The notes under the pieces: generated by a model
Database searches by the model: none
What the model was told of the DNA's origin: nothing
The model's input: the letters and a program-made list of their open reading frames with translations, nothing else
Shown: positions 15,940-25,704 of the stretch, in pieces
Numbering within the stretch: the first letter of the stretch is position 1
Layout of the letters: each line of letters begins with the position of its first letter
Translations under genes and position numbers: made by a program
Assembly: GCA_001462245.1 (NCBI GenBank)
Contig: LIUG01000158.1
Coordinates: 401-59,921, forward strand
Length of the DNA: 59,521 bases
Source: Candidatus Fibrimonas termitidis
Lineage (GTDB): Bacteria > Fibrobacterota > Fibrobacteria > Fibrobacterales > Fibrobacteraceae
Direction of reading: 5' to 3'

Positions 15940-17218
15940 AATAGTAATCTTTTTTCATGAGCAGATTTTTTTTGTATGCGCTAGCCAAAAGCCCGGTAGT
16001 TTTGCCCGGGTTTATATCGTATTGCAGCGCAGCGCCTTTTAGCATTCCCTCCGTTGCGCGCAGAGCGTTTCTTGCGCTTTCCAGTTTACCTTTTGCAACT
16101 AGAAAATCTTCGTATTTTTCTTCTATTTGCAACTCAATTCCTTTATTTGCATAGCTTTCGGTTTGCCGCAAAATGCGGTGTTCTATACGAGCTATCTTAT
16201 AATTTTCCCACTGGTTCCAAAAATTAAGTTTGTATCTTATCCCTACTCCAAATACGCCGGAAATCCTATTCACAGGGTCTTGCGCAAAGGCATCTTTTGA
16301 AATGCTGGTACGGTCTCCTGCCCATGATTTTGCGTATTCGAATTCTCCCATTATAAAGAATTCGGGTGCCAGCTTTGCAGAGGCCAGCTCCATTTGCATT
16401 TGTGTAGCTTCTAAACCAGCAGCCAGGCGGCGAATATCCGGGTGATGCGTATATGCCCAATTTTTCAAGGAATCCAAACCGGGTATAAAATCGCTTGCAG
16501 CTGCGAGTGCGCTGTCTAGGGGTTCAAACGAGGCGGAATCCGGCAGCCCAAGAATGAATTTTGCAATTAATTGCACCTTTTTCAAACCCACCTGCGCATC
16601 TAAAACAGCTTTGTCTATTTCAAAGAAGCCGGCTTTCAGTTCCAGCAAATCCATTTGCGAAACACCTTCTTCTTCATCGTCAAGGGCTTCTTCCAGTTTG
16701 TCTGCGGCTTTGCGCATTTGCTTTTGACCGTCCTGCGCAAGCTTATTCATTTCCATTGCCAGCAAGTAGCCGTAATAGTAGCTTAGAATTTCCGTTTTCA
16801 GGGAATGTTCTTTGCCTTCAATATCCATTTTCTTTTGCAGCAAGTCTGCTCTGGCGGCTTTTAAGCCCATTTGCAACTGTCCTAAATTCAAAGGTTGCGC
16901 CGCTTGTATATTCACTCCGGAATAGGGACCCATTTTGGTAAAATCCCAGGACTCAACTTCTCCATTATCGGTCATGCTTTTTTTTAATCCGGGAACAAGT
17001 CCCATTAGCATCGAAAATTCAAACTTTGGAAGCAAGGCTCCGGCTTTAATCTGTTCGACTTTCTCCTCTTTTATTAAAATCTCCATTCTTTTTTCTTTAA
17101 ATCGGGGTTCGTTTTTCAGGGCAATTTCAACAAATTCATCTCTGTTTAAACGAACTGTTCCGCCTCCATCCGCAAAAGAGAGAGAAATCAAAAGTACTAG
17201 GGGTAAAATGAAACGCAC
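15881..17218 (-). CDS. TolC-family outer-membrane efflux protein
   Basis: Signal peptide MRFILPLVLLISLSFA. Two-fold repeated helical/beta architecture with an N-terminal LNRDEFVEIALKNEP motif typical of OEP proteins. GTG start. Confidence 0.55.
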   Translation of the reverse strand: MRFILPLVLLISLSFADGGGTVRLNRDEFVEIALKNEPRFKEKRMEILIKEEKVEQIKAGALLPKFEFSMLMGLVPGLKKSMTDNGEVESWDFTKMGPYSGVNIQAAQPLNLGQLQMGLKAARADLLQKKMDIEGKEHSLKTEILSYYYGYLLAMEMNKLAQDGQKQMRKAADKLEEALDDEEEGVSQMDLLELKAGFFEIDKAVLDAQVGLKKVQLIAKFILGLPDSASFEPLDSALAAASDFIPGLDSLKNWAYTHHPDIRRLAAGLEATQMQMELASAKLAPEFFIMGEFEYAKSWAGDRTSISKDAFAQDPVNRISGVFGVGIRYKLNFWNQWENYKIARIEHRILRQTESYANKGIELQIEEKYEDFLVAKGKLESARNALRATEGMLKGAALQYDINPGKTTGLLASAYKKNLLMKKDYYFAVYEYNMSVAKLFAQAGY

Positions 17219-17234
17219 GGGGGTAAACTAGAAA

Positions 17235-17245
17235 TTTACTATATT
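17235..17245 (+). promoter_or_regulatory. extended -10-like element TTTACTATATT, 6 nt before fliN ATG
   Basis: TATATT 17240-17245, ACCCTC, ATG 17252. Confidence 0.5.
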
Positions 17246-17251
17246 ACCCTC

Positions 17252-17542
17252 ATGCTGAAAGATTATGCCAAAAGCAATCGCAAAAGCCTTGACATGGAGC
17301 AACTGCAAGATTTGCGCTTCCCTATGATCATGGAGCTAGGCTCAACGCTGGTGACGGTAAGAGATCTGCTCAACTGGCAAAAAGGCTCGGTAATAGAGCT
17401 AGACAGGGTGGCTGGCGAAAATGTTGATTTGCAGATCAACGGCAAAGTAATGGCAAAAGGCGAAGTTGTTGTTATGAACAATCATTTGGGATTTAGGCTG
17501 GTTACGCTTTTAAGCCCCGAAGAAAGGCTAAAGAGCCTCTAA
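17252..17542 (+). CDS. fliN: flagellar motor switch protein FliN (SpoA domain only)
   Basis: MELGSTLVTVRDLLNWQKGSVIELDRVAGENVDLQINGKVMAKGEVVVMNNHLGFRL matches the FliN/SpoA C-terminal domain. Confidence 0.8.
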   Translation: MLKDYAKSNRKSLDMEQLQDLRFPMIMELGSTLVTVRDLLNWQKGSVIELDRVAGENVDLQINGKVMAKGEVVVMNNHLGFRLVTLLSPEERLKSL

Positions 17543-18597
17543 TGAGCAAGAGACTCAAATTCCAAAAGTGGCACGTTCCGCCGCCTGTAATCCATGTTTT
17601 AGTGTGGCTTTTTATTTATATAGTTCCTGTGGTCTTAACGATTCCGAGCAACGAAATTACTTGGAAAGTTCGCTATTGGACAACCGTTCCGTTTTTGGCA
17701 ACGCTTATATCCTTTTATGTAAACTATTCTTTTTTAATCCCAAAATTTCTTTACACAAAGCGAATAATAATTTACACTATTATAAACCTATTTATGTTCC
17801 TGACTATATCTTACTTAATAGGGCTTTGGAAAAGCCATGCTGTAGATGTTGGGGTTATAGTAGCGCATCCGGAGCCGGAGATTCCTTTTTTATGGTTGAT
17901 GAAAAGCATTCTCGCTCTTATATTCGTAAATGGCATTGCTATATCTGTTCGTTCAACTTCGCTATGGTTCCATTCCAGAACGGCAGTGCAAAAATTGGAA
18001 CTTGAAAATATGCGTTCCGAGTTGTCGTTTTTGAAAATGCAAATATCGCCGCATTTTTTGTTTAACACCCTTAACAATATTTTAACCCTTATAGACGAAA
18101 ATAAAGAACTCGCCAAACAAACCGTGCAACAGCTTTCAAAACTGCTTCGCTCGGTAATTTACGACTCTGAAGCGGATTCTGTGACCATAAAACAAGAGGT
18201 GGAATTTTTAACCAGCTATTCGGATTTGATGAGGCTCCGCTATGGCCCGGAACTCGAATTTGATTTGGAAACGGATTTAAGCGAACCGGACGCTCCCATA
18301 GCTCCGCTCTTGTTGATACCCATGCTTGAAAATGTTTTTAAGCACGGCATAGGGCCTTCGGTGGAGGGTAGCTCCATAAACATAAAGATAACTTCCAAAA
18401 AAGGAAAAATTACTTTTGAAAGCGTAAACACATATTTCCCAAAGACCCACCAAGATAAAAGCGGAAGCGGGATAGGTATTGTGAATATGCAAAAGAGGCT
18501 GAATTTGCTTTACGAAAATCGCTATTTTTACGATTGCAAAATCGCAAACGGCAAATATATAACAAAACTTGAATTGCAATATGAGCCACTCAATTGA
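17542..18597 (+). CDS. LytS/YehU-type sensor histidine kinase
   Basis: N-terminal TM segments, QISPHFLFNTLNNI (His_kinase PF06580 motif) and a HATPase region (GSGIGIVNMQKRL). Start overlaps the fliN stop (TAATG). Confidence 0.8.
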   Translation: MSKRLKFQKWHVPPPVIHVLVWLFIYIVPVVLTIPSNEITWKVRYWTTVPFLATLISFYVNYSFLIPKFLYTKRIIIYTIINLFMFLTISYLIGLWKSHAVDVGVIVAHPEPEIPFLWLMKSILALIFVNGIAISVRSTSLWFHSRTAVQKLELENMRSELSFLKMQISPHFLFNTLNNILTLIDENKELAKQTVQQLSKLLRSVIYDSEADSVTIKQEVEFLTSYSDLMRLRYGPELEFDLETDLSEPDAPIAPLLLIPMLENVFKHGIGPSVEGSSINIKITSKKGKITFESVNTYFPKTHQDKSGSGIGIVNMQKRLNLLYENRYFYDCKIANGKYITKLELQYEPLN

Positions 18598-21355
18598 AAT
18601 ACGCAAAGCCAAAGAGCATAATCTAAAGAGCATAGATATAGATTTACCCAGAGATTCCTTTGTGGTAATCACGGGGGTCAGCGGTTCCGGCAAGAGCAGC
18701 TTGGCTTTTGACACGATTTTTCAGGAAGGGCAAAGACGCTATATAGAATCGCTTTCCGCCTATGCTCGGCAGTTCATAGGCACAATGAAGCGGCCCGATG
18801 CGGAGAGCATAAGGGGAATTTCGCCCACCATTTCCATAGACCAAAAAACCATAAACCGCAACCCTCGTTCCACGGTTGGAACGGTTGTGGAAATTTTTGA
18901 CCATTACAGATTGCTGTTCGCAAGGCTTGGCACCCCGCATTGCCCTAAATGCGGCAAGGAAATCAAGGCACAAACCACGGAGCAAATCGCAGACAACATT
19001 TTTCACGAAAGAGCAGGGCAGCAAGCAACGGTAATGGCACCCATCGTTAGGGAGAGAAAGGGCGAATACCGCAAGGAAATTGCGGAGCTTAAGGAAAAGG
19101 GATTTGCAAGGGTTAGGGTGGATGGGGAGATGTATGAGCTTAGCGGTCAAATTCCGGAATTAGCCCGTTATGAAAAGCATTCCATAGATGTTGTTATAGA
19201 TAGAATTCTGATTGAGCCGAAAAATAGAAGCAGATTAATAGAGTCTCTTGAACAAGCATTTAAAGCAAGCGACAGCAAATTGGTTTCGTTTATGTTTGAA
19301 GATTATGTTGTTATGAGCGCAGACTTGGCATGTGCGAAATGCGGAGTTTCTTTGCCGGAAATTGAGCCTCGGCTTTTTTCTTTTAACGATAAACAGGGGC
19401 AATGCCCGACTTGCAAAGGGCTTGGGAAAAGCTATCAGATAGAGGCTTCTAAATTGATAAACCCTGAACTTTCAATAGAGGGCGGTGCGATTTTGGCAAG
19501 CACAGCGGAAGGTCGGTTGATTTTCAGCAATCACGGCTTTGAGGAATATAGGGCTATCGCAAAAAAAGTTGGGTTTTCTCTTTCCGTGCCTTGGAAGAAT
19601 TTGCCGGAAAAAGCGCAAAATGCCATATTGAATAGCATAATTCCGATTTTACAAGGGCTTTGGGACCAGTGGCATATTCATCTATTGCAAAAGTATATGC
19701 TCATTGAGCCGTGCGGCGAGTGCAAAGGGGAACGGGTTTGCGCGGCTGCGAGGGCTATGAGATTTCACGGTAAGGGGATTAGCGAAATATCCTCTCTTTC
19801 TGTGGATGAGTCGGTTAAGTTTTTTGACGAATTGAATTTGAGCGAAAGGGAAAGGAGAGTGGGCAGGGAAATTTTCAGGGAGATAAAAGGGCGGCTCGGT
19901 TTTTTGCAAACTGTTGGGCTTGGATATTTAACGCTCAACAGAGGTTCGGCAACTCTTAGCGGCGGCGAGGCTCAGCGTATAAGGCTTGCCGGGCACGTTG
20001 GCGCGGGTTTGCAAGGCGTTCTCTATGTTTTGGACGAACCCAGCATAGGGCTTCACGCAAAGGACAATGAAAAACTTTTGGATATTTTGGAAAAATTGCG
20101 GGCACAGGGCAACAGCCTTATTGTGGTTGAGCACGATGAAGAAACCATGCACCGTGCGGACTGCATCGCAGACATAGGCCCCGGAGCGGGCAGCGAAGGC
20201 GGGCAAGTGGTGGCTATAGGCTCAATCAAAGATTTGCAGAAAAATCCGAAATCCATTACCGGGGCTTATTTGAGCGGAAAGAGGAGAATAGAAATTCCCA
20301 AGCAAAGACGCAAAGTGAGCAAAACAACTCCGAGAATAAAAATAATCGGAGCGAGAGCGAATAACTTAAAGAATATAGATGTGGAAATTCCGGTGGGAGA
20401 GCAGGGGATTTTCACCGTAGTGAGCGGTGTTAGCGGTTCGGGCAAAAGCACTCTTGTAAACCATATTTTAAAAAAGGCTTTGGCAAAGAAATTCCACAAC
20501 GCATTGGAGGAACCGGGTGCGCACAGAGCCATAGAGGGTTTGGAAAATATAGACAAGGTGATAGAAATAGACCAAAGCCCCATAGGGAGAACCCCACGCT
20601 CAAACCCTGCAACCTATACAAAAATTTACGATGATATAAGAAATTTGTTTGCTAGCCTTCCGGATAGCAAGGTCAATGGTTTTACGAAAAGCCGGTTCAG
20701 TTTTAATGTGCATGGCGGGCGGTGCGAAAAATGCTGCGGCGCAGGGGTTATAGAAATTGAGATGCAGATTTTGCCGAATGTGCAGATAACCTGCGATGAG
20801 TGCGGCGGCAAGCGTTTTAACGATGCAACGCTTGCTGTTTTTTACAAAGGCAAAAATATATACGATGTTTTGGATTTGAGCATAGACGAGGCACTGGAAT
20901 TTTTCAAGGATTTGCCGAGGATAGCAAAGCCCTTAACCGTTTTGCAAGATATTGGGCTTGGGTATGTTAAGCTGGGGCAGCCGAGCACGACGCTTAGCGG
21001 CGGCGAGGCGCAGAGGATGAAAATCTCAACCGAGCTTCGCAGGCCCGGCACGGGCAAAACCCTTTACCTGCTGGACGAGCCGACAACGGGGCTTCATTTT
21101 GAAGATATTCGCCGCTTGCTGGAGTGTTTGCAAAAATTGGTGGATAAGGGAAATTCAATGGTCGTTATTGAGCACAATTTAGATGTGATAAAATGCGCGG
21201 ACTGGGTTATAGACTTAGGCCCGGAAGCGGGGGAGCAGGGCGGTTACATAGTGGCAGAGGGGACGCCGGAGCAAATTGCAAAATGCAAAAAATCGCATAC
21301 GGGACGTTTTTTGGCTAAAATTAATCCTTTATGCACCGGACAGAAAGCGAGTTAG
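18581..21355 (+). CDS. uvrA: excinuclease ABC subunit A
   Basis: GVSGSGKSSLAFDTIF, two ABC modules (LSGGEAQR twice) and zinc fingers CPKCG/CPTCKG/CEKCCG. ATG 18581 preferred over TTG 18569. Confidence 0.97.
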   Translation: MSHSIEIRKAKEHNLKSIDIDLPRDSFVVITGVSGSGKSSLAFDTIFQEGQRRYIESLSAYARQFIGTMKRPDAESIRGISPTISIDQKTINRNPRSTVGTVVEIFDHYRLLFARLGTPHCPKCGKEIKAQTTEQIADNIFHERAGQQATVMAPIVRERKGEYRKEIAELKEKGFARVRVDGEMYELSGQIPELARYEKHSIDVVIDRILIEPKNRSRLIESLEQAFKASDSKLVSFMFEDYVVMSADLACAKCGVSLPEIEPRLFSFNDKQGQCPTCKGLGKSYQIEASKLINPELSIEGGAILASTAEGRLIFSNHGFEEYRAIAKKVGFSLSVPWKNLPEKAQNAILNSIIPILQGLWDQWHIHLLQKYMLIEPCGECKGERVCAAARAMRFHGKGISEISSLSVDESVKFFDELNLSERERRVGREIFREIKGRLGFLQTVGLGYLTLNRGSATLSGGEAQRIRLAGHVGAGLQGVLYVLDEPSIGLHAKDNEKLLDILEKLRAQGNSLIVVEHDEETMHRADCIADIGPGAGSEGGQVVAIGSIKDLQKNPKSITGAYLSGKRRIEIPKQRRKVSKTTPRIKIIGARANNLKNIDVEIPVGEQGIFTVVSGVSGSGKSTLVNHILKKALAKKFHNALEEPGAHRAIEGLENIDKVIEIDQSPIGRTPRSNPATYTKIYDDIRNLFASLPDSKVNGFTKSRFSFNVHGGRCEKCCGAGVIEIEMQILPNVQITCDECGGKRFNDATLAVFYKGKNIYDVLDLSIDEALEFFKDLPRIAKPLTVLQDIGLGYVKLGQPSTTLSGGEAQRMKISTELRRPGTGKTLYLLDEPTTGLHFEDIRRLLECLQKLVDKGNSMVVIEHNLDVIKCADWVIDLGPEAGEQGGYIVAEGTPEQIAKCKKSHTGRFLAKINPLCTGQKAS

Positions 21356-21836
21356 CCTTGCTATCTTGATAGCAGTAAAATTTATCATTGCAATGGCTCA
21401 TGCTCCAATTGTGCCCCAGGTCGCTTCTAAATTCGCTGGCAGCCCACCAATTAGCGTAGTAGCCTATGTAAACAATATCATCATCACCAAGGCAGCAACC
21501 GCCCGGCAAGCCGCAAAATCCGTAATTATCCGTGCCGTTCCCATTCTTTTCCCAATACATTTTCGCTTTGAGTTTCTGGCCGGCTATTTTAGTACCGCCC
21601 GCAAAAACGACCAATGTTTGCCATTCTTCATTGCTTGGCAAATGCCACCCTTTAGGGCAAATCTTATGAGCCGTTTCCCAGTCATATAAACGCCCGTATT
21701 TAGTAGTATAGAGTTTATTTTTATAACGTTTTCCATCATCAAAATTCAAATTTTCCGCCATCCAAATTTGAGTGCCTATCTGTACGGTTTTATATGAGCG
21801 TCCATTGCGCGGGTCGATAAAAATATCGTAGTTCAT
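21321..21836 (-). CDS. Fibrobacter succinogenes major paralogous domain protein without signal peptide
   Basis: IWMAENLNFDDG...YGRLYDW...CPKGWHLPSNEEW...SVRCIKD. Starts directly at the domain. 3' end overlaps uvrA by 35 nt. Confidence 0.75.
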   Translation of the reverse strand: MNYDIFIDPRNGRSYKTVQIGTQIWMAENLNFDDGKRYKNKLYTTKYGRLYDWETAHKICPKGWHLPSNEEWQTLVVFAGGTKIAGQKLKAKMYWEKNGNGTDNYGFCGLPGGCCLGDDDIVYIGYYANWWAASEFRSDLGHNWSMSHCNDKFYCYQDSKANSLSVRCIKD

Positions 21837-21906
21837 GCGGCTAAAGTAAAAAATTCAGCCACATATATTAATATTCAAGAAAAATTACTGTACGTTGCCG
21901 CGGCAG

Positions 21907-23187
21907 TTATTCCTCAATGGCCTCGATTTCCTTGAGAATCCCTACAGACAAGTTTTCACAACCCTTCTCCGTGACTAACAAATCATCCTCTATGCGAATA
22001 CCTATATGCTCACTATAAAGAACACCGCCTATCTCAAGCTCAAAATGCCCGTAAAGACCCGGCTCGTTTGAAATGAGCATACCCGGCCTTAATGGCTTCT
22101 TAAGATAGTCCTTGTTTTGAGCACCCTCGTGCACAATATCTCCGATTAAATGGCTAATACCATGAGGCTTCCCGATATAACGGCGCTTCATTTTTCCGCC
22201 TAGTCTCGTAAAACGCTCTCTCAAATTTTTTTCCAAAAAAGACCAAGCCTTTTTGCCAAGCTCCTTTAAAGTCAAACCGGCCTTGACATTTTTCTCATGA
22301 AATTTTTGCGTATCCAAAACAATACCGTAAAGCAGCTTTTGCAAAGGATTAAACTTACCGCTCGCAGGAATAGTGCGGGAAATATCACAGCAAACAGCAT
22401 TATAGCGGCAACCGAAATCCAAAAGAATCAAATCTCCTTTTTCAATAGGGCAGTCTCTTTTTGAGTAATGAAGAGTACACGCATTCTTGCCTGCAGCCAC
22501 AATGCTTGGGAACGCAAGCCCTGTGCTGGTTTGGCGCAACATAAGACATTCAAGCTCTGCAGATAAAACCTGTTCGTTTTTATAAACGTAAATGCGCGGC
22601 AAAATTTTCAAAAAAGCATCTCTTGCAATCTCCTGCGCTTTTCTCGCAAGAGCTATTCGCTCCGGTTCTAAAACCACCCTTTGCTCAAGATGAATCTTAG
22701 AAACGTCTTTGACATTCAATTTATAATACTGCAACTTGCGGCGTATTACCTCATTTGAAAAAATATGCTTCGCTTTTAAATTTGCAATCCGTTTTTTAAA
22801 CCAGGCATTGAAGGTTTTTATCGGGAGAATGGTCTCAAAACCTATGAGATCCTTTATGTCGGTATCCGGCAGTCCAAGCCTTATCCCGTTCCAAAATTCC
22901 TTTTTCCTGTTCTTCTCCGGCAAAAACAAAATTTCTCTCTCGCTTTGGTTCTTTGCCAAGGGGTCCAGTACCAAGATAGCCCCGCTTTGATTTATGCCCG
23001 TTAGGTATAAAAATTCGGGATTTTGGCAAATTCTCCTTGAATTCTCGCTCTGGACAGAAGCATAAACGCACAAAGAATCCAGTTTTTCTAAGTGAGCTTG
23101 CCTGCGCTTTGCATAAAACAACGGGGCCTCATTTCCCAAACCGCAGGAAAGAAACACTTGGGAATAATCTTCAAAGGGGTTTTCCAT
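21907..23187 (-). CDS. pepP: Xaa-Pro aminopeptidase (M24B)
   Basis: Pita-bread metal ligand context: DFGCRYNAVCCDISRT, HGISHLIGDIVHEG, SNEPGLY, GIRIEDD. Confidence 0.75.
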   Translation of the reverse strand: MENPFEDYSQVFLSCGLGNEAPLFYAKRRQAHLEKLDSLCVYASVQSENSRRICQNPEFLYLTGINQSGAILVLDPLAKNQSEREILFLPEKNRKKEFWNGIRLGLPDTDIKDLIGFETILPIKTFNAWFKKRIANLKAKHIFSNEVIRRKLQYYKLNVKDVSKIHLEQRVVLEPERIALARKAQEIARDAFLKILPRIYVYKNEQVLSAELECLMLRQTSTGLAFPSIVAAGKNACTLHYSKRDCPIEKGDLILLDFGCRYNAVCCDISRTIPASGKFNPLQKLLYGIVLDTQKFHEKNVKAGLTLKELGKKAWSFLEKNLRERFTRLGGKMKRRYIGKPHGISHLIGDIVHEGAQNKDYLKKPLRPGMLISNEPGLYGHFELEIGGVLYSEHIGIRIEDDLLVTEKGCENLSVGILKEIEAIEE

Positions 23188-23193
23188 TACAAG

Positions 23194-23203
23194 AATGTAA
23201 AAA
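23194..23203 (-). promoter_or_regulatory. -10-like element TTTTTACATT, 6 nt before pepP ATG
   Basis: Minus strand reads TTTTTACATT-CTTGTA-ATG(23187). Confidence 0.45.
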
Positions 23204-23205
23204 TA

Positions 23206-23215
23206 TTTCTATATT
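23206..23215 (+). promoter_or_regulatory. -10-like element TTTCTATATT for rpsO-pnp (33-nt leader with SD)
   Basis: TATATT 23210-23215; leader contains AAGGAAAAGAGG before ATG 23249. Confidence 0.45.
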
Positions 23216-23248
23216 TCTTCCAACACTAATTCAAAAGGAAAAGAGGTA

Positions 23249-23527
23249 ATGGCTACCATAACCAAGGAAAAAACTGCTGAGATTATCGCTAGACTGGGCA
23301 AAAATGCCGGCGATTCCGGCAATGTACGTTCACAAATAGGCATTCTTACGGAACGCATAGCTAGCTTAACCCAGCATTGCAGCAAAAATCGCAAAGATGT
23401 GCATTCCCTGCGCGGATTGCAGATGCTTGTGTCTAAACGCAAAAGGCTTCTTAAATACTATGCCCGTCAGGATTTGGAAGGCTACCGTGCCTTGTTCAAA
23501 GAACTCAATTTACGTGGCGGCAATTAA
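23249..23527 (+). CDS. rpsO: 30S ribosomal protein S15
   Basis: GDSGNVRSQIGILTERIASLTQH...KDVHSLRGLQMLVSKRKRLLKYY. Confidence 0.95.
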   Translation: MATITKEKTAEIIARLGKNAGDSGNVRSQIGILTERIASLTQHCSKNRKDVHSLRGLQMLVSKRKRLLKYYARQDLEGYRALFKELNLRGGN

Positions 23528-23544
23528 GCCGCTTGGGGAGCACT

Positions 23545-25704
23545 ATGCAAGAATTCAAGATGCTTAAAGCCGAAGAGGCTGTTGCTAAATTGCCGGATGG
23601 AAGAGAGCTTGTTTTTGAGACAGGCCGTTTAGCTAAGCAGGCCGCAGGCTCTGCTGTTGTTAAAATGGGCGATGCCTTTGTGCTCGCCACCGTATGCTAC
23701 GGGCCGGAAAAGGATACGGATTTCTTTCCGCTTACCGTTGAATACAGGGAAAAGGCTTACGCTGCAGGCCGCCTGCCGGGCGGTTACAAAAAGAAAGAAG
23801 GGCCGCCGGGAGACGAAGAGACCCTCAGGGCGAGGATCATAGACCGCCCGATTCGCCCCATGTTCCCGGAAGGCTTTACCCGTGAGGTGCAGTTAATAGT
23901 TCAGGTGCTGAGCGCAGACAAAAATTTTGAAGCCGATGTTCTCGGCGTTAGCGCAGCTAGCATCGCCATAGGGCTTTCCGAGCTTCCCTTTGAGGAGCAG
24001 GTTGCCGCTGTGCGCGTTGCCATTGTCGAAGGCAAGCCTGTTATAAACCCGACATTTTCGCAGTTGGATATTTGCGAGCTGGATATGGTGGTTGCCGGTA
24101 CGGAAAATAGCGTGTGCATGGTTGAGGGCGGAGCTTACGAAGTTTCCGAGCAAACCATGATAGATGCTATTCAGGCGGGGCACGAGGCGATTAAGGATTT
24201 GTGCAAAGCGCAAACCGAATTGGTTGCTCGCTTGGCAAAACCGAAAATGGCTTTGACTTCAAAGGCAGAAAACGAAAGCGCAGCTAAAATTGCAGAAGCG
24301 GTTAAGACTGCAATTTACGATGAGTTATATAAAACGCTTCACACCCCGATGGTAAAAACCGAGCATTACCCTGCAATGGCGGCTCTGGAAGAAAAAGCCC
24401 TTGCGAGTGAAGCTGTCGCTGCTATTATAAATGAAGACGAAGCGTTGAAAGCCCTTGCTAAGGCGGCATTCAAGGAAATTGAGCGCGATACAATGCGCAA
24501 AATGATTTTGGACAAAGGCGTGCGCATAGACGGCCGCAATACTACGGAAATTCGTCCCATTGAAATTCAACTCGGAATTTTGCCGCGTTCCCACGGTTCT
24601 TCGGTTTTCCAGCGCGGCGAAACGCAAGCGCTTGTGACATGCACTCTCGGCACAAAGAACGATGAGCAGCATATTGAAACCTTGCAAGGCGATGTGGCAA
24701 AGAGTTATATGCTGCACTACAATTTTCCGCCTTTCTCCGTTGGCGAGGTTAAAAAGCTCGGCACTTCAAGGCGTGAAATAGGGCACGGGCATTTGGCGGA
24801 ACGTTCTTTGAATGCGGTGCTGCCTACACCGGATGGTTTCCCATATACAATTCGCATTGTGTCGGAAATTTTGGAATCCAATGGTTCTTCTTCTATGGCT
24901 TCTGTTTGCGGAGGTTCGCTTTCTTTGATGGATGCGGGTGTTCCGATAAGCGGGCCGGTTGCGGGAATTGCTATGGGTTTGATTTCCGAAAAGGGTTCGG
25001 TAAATGAGGGCGGGAAAATTGAGATTCTCTCCGACATTACCGGCACGGAAGATCATCTCGGCGATATGGATTTCAAGGTCACCGGAACAGAAAACGGAAT
25101 CACCGCTTTCCAAATGGATATTAAGATAAAGGGCATTACTCCCGAGCTTATGGCCAAGGCTCTAGAGCAGGCAAGGCAAGGACGTTTGCACATTATCGGC
25201 AAAATGAAAGAGTCCATTCCCGAGCCACGTGCAAAACTTTCAAGGCTTGCTCCGACAATGCTTCAAATGCGTGTTCCAACTACCAAAATTCGCGACGTTA
25301 TAGGCTCCGGTGGGGCAGTGATTAAGAAAATCCAATCTCAAACCGGTTGCAAAGTGAATATAAGCGATGACGGCAGTTTAGAGATTGCTGCGCCGAGCGC
25401 AAAAGCCGGCGCAATGGCAAAGCAGATGATAGAGGAAATCACGAGCGAACCGGAACCGAACAAAATCTATAAGGGCAAGGTGAAATCCATCCAGCCCTTT
25501 GGCGCTTTTGTTGAAATTTTGCCGGGCAGAGATGGCTTGATTCATATTTCCGAAATTTCCGAGCAACGTTTGGAAAAGGTGGAAGAAGTTTTGCACATTG
25601 GAGATGAAGTCACCGTGCTGTGCCTGGGAGTTGATCCAAAAGGCAAAGTAAAGCTTTCGATGAAAGCCTTGCTGAAAAAACCGGCGGCGGAACAGTCTGA
25701 ATGA
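23545..25704 (+). CDS. pnp: polyribonucleotide nucleotidyltransferase (PNPase)
   Basis: Two RNase PH domains (GSSSMASVCGGSLSLMDAGVP, DHLGDMDFKV) plus KH and S1 domains. ATG 23545 has SD GGGGAG 4 nt upstream. Confidence 0.97.
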   Translation: MQEFKMLKAEEAVAKLPDGRELVFETGRLAKQAAGSAVVKMGDAFVLATVCYGPEKDTDFFPLTVEYREKAYAAGRLPGGYKKKEGPPGDEETLRARIIDRPIRPMFPEGFTREVQLIVQVLSADKNFEADVLGVSAASIAIGLSELPFEEQVAAVRVAIVEGKPVINPTFSQLDICELDMVVAGTENSVCMVEGGAYEVSEQTMIDAIQAGHEAIKDLCKAQTELVARLAKPKMALTSKAENESAAKIAEAVKTAIYDELYKTLHTPMVKTEHYPAMAALEEKALASEAVAAIINEDEALKALAKAAFKEIERDTMRKMILDKGVRIDGRNTTEIRPIEIQLGILPRSHGSSVFQRGETQALVTCTLGTKNDEQHIETLQGDVAKSYMLHYNFPPFSVGEVKKLGTSRREIGHGHLAERSLNAVLPTPDGFPYTIRIVSEILESNGSSSMASVCGGSLSLMDAGVPISGPVAGIAMGLISEKGSVNEGGKIEILSDITGTEDHLGDMDFKVTGTENGITAFQMDIKIKGITPELMAKALEQARQGRLHIIGKMKESIPEPRAKLSRLAPTMLQMRVPTTKIRDVIGSGGAVIKKIQSQTGCKVNISDDGSLEIAAPSAKAGAMAKQMIEEITSEPEPNKIYKGKVKSIQPFGAFVEILPGRDGLIHISEISEQRLEKVEEVLHIGDEVTVLCLGVDPKGKVKLSMKALLKKPAAEQSE

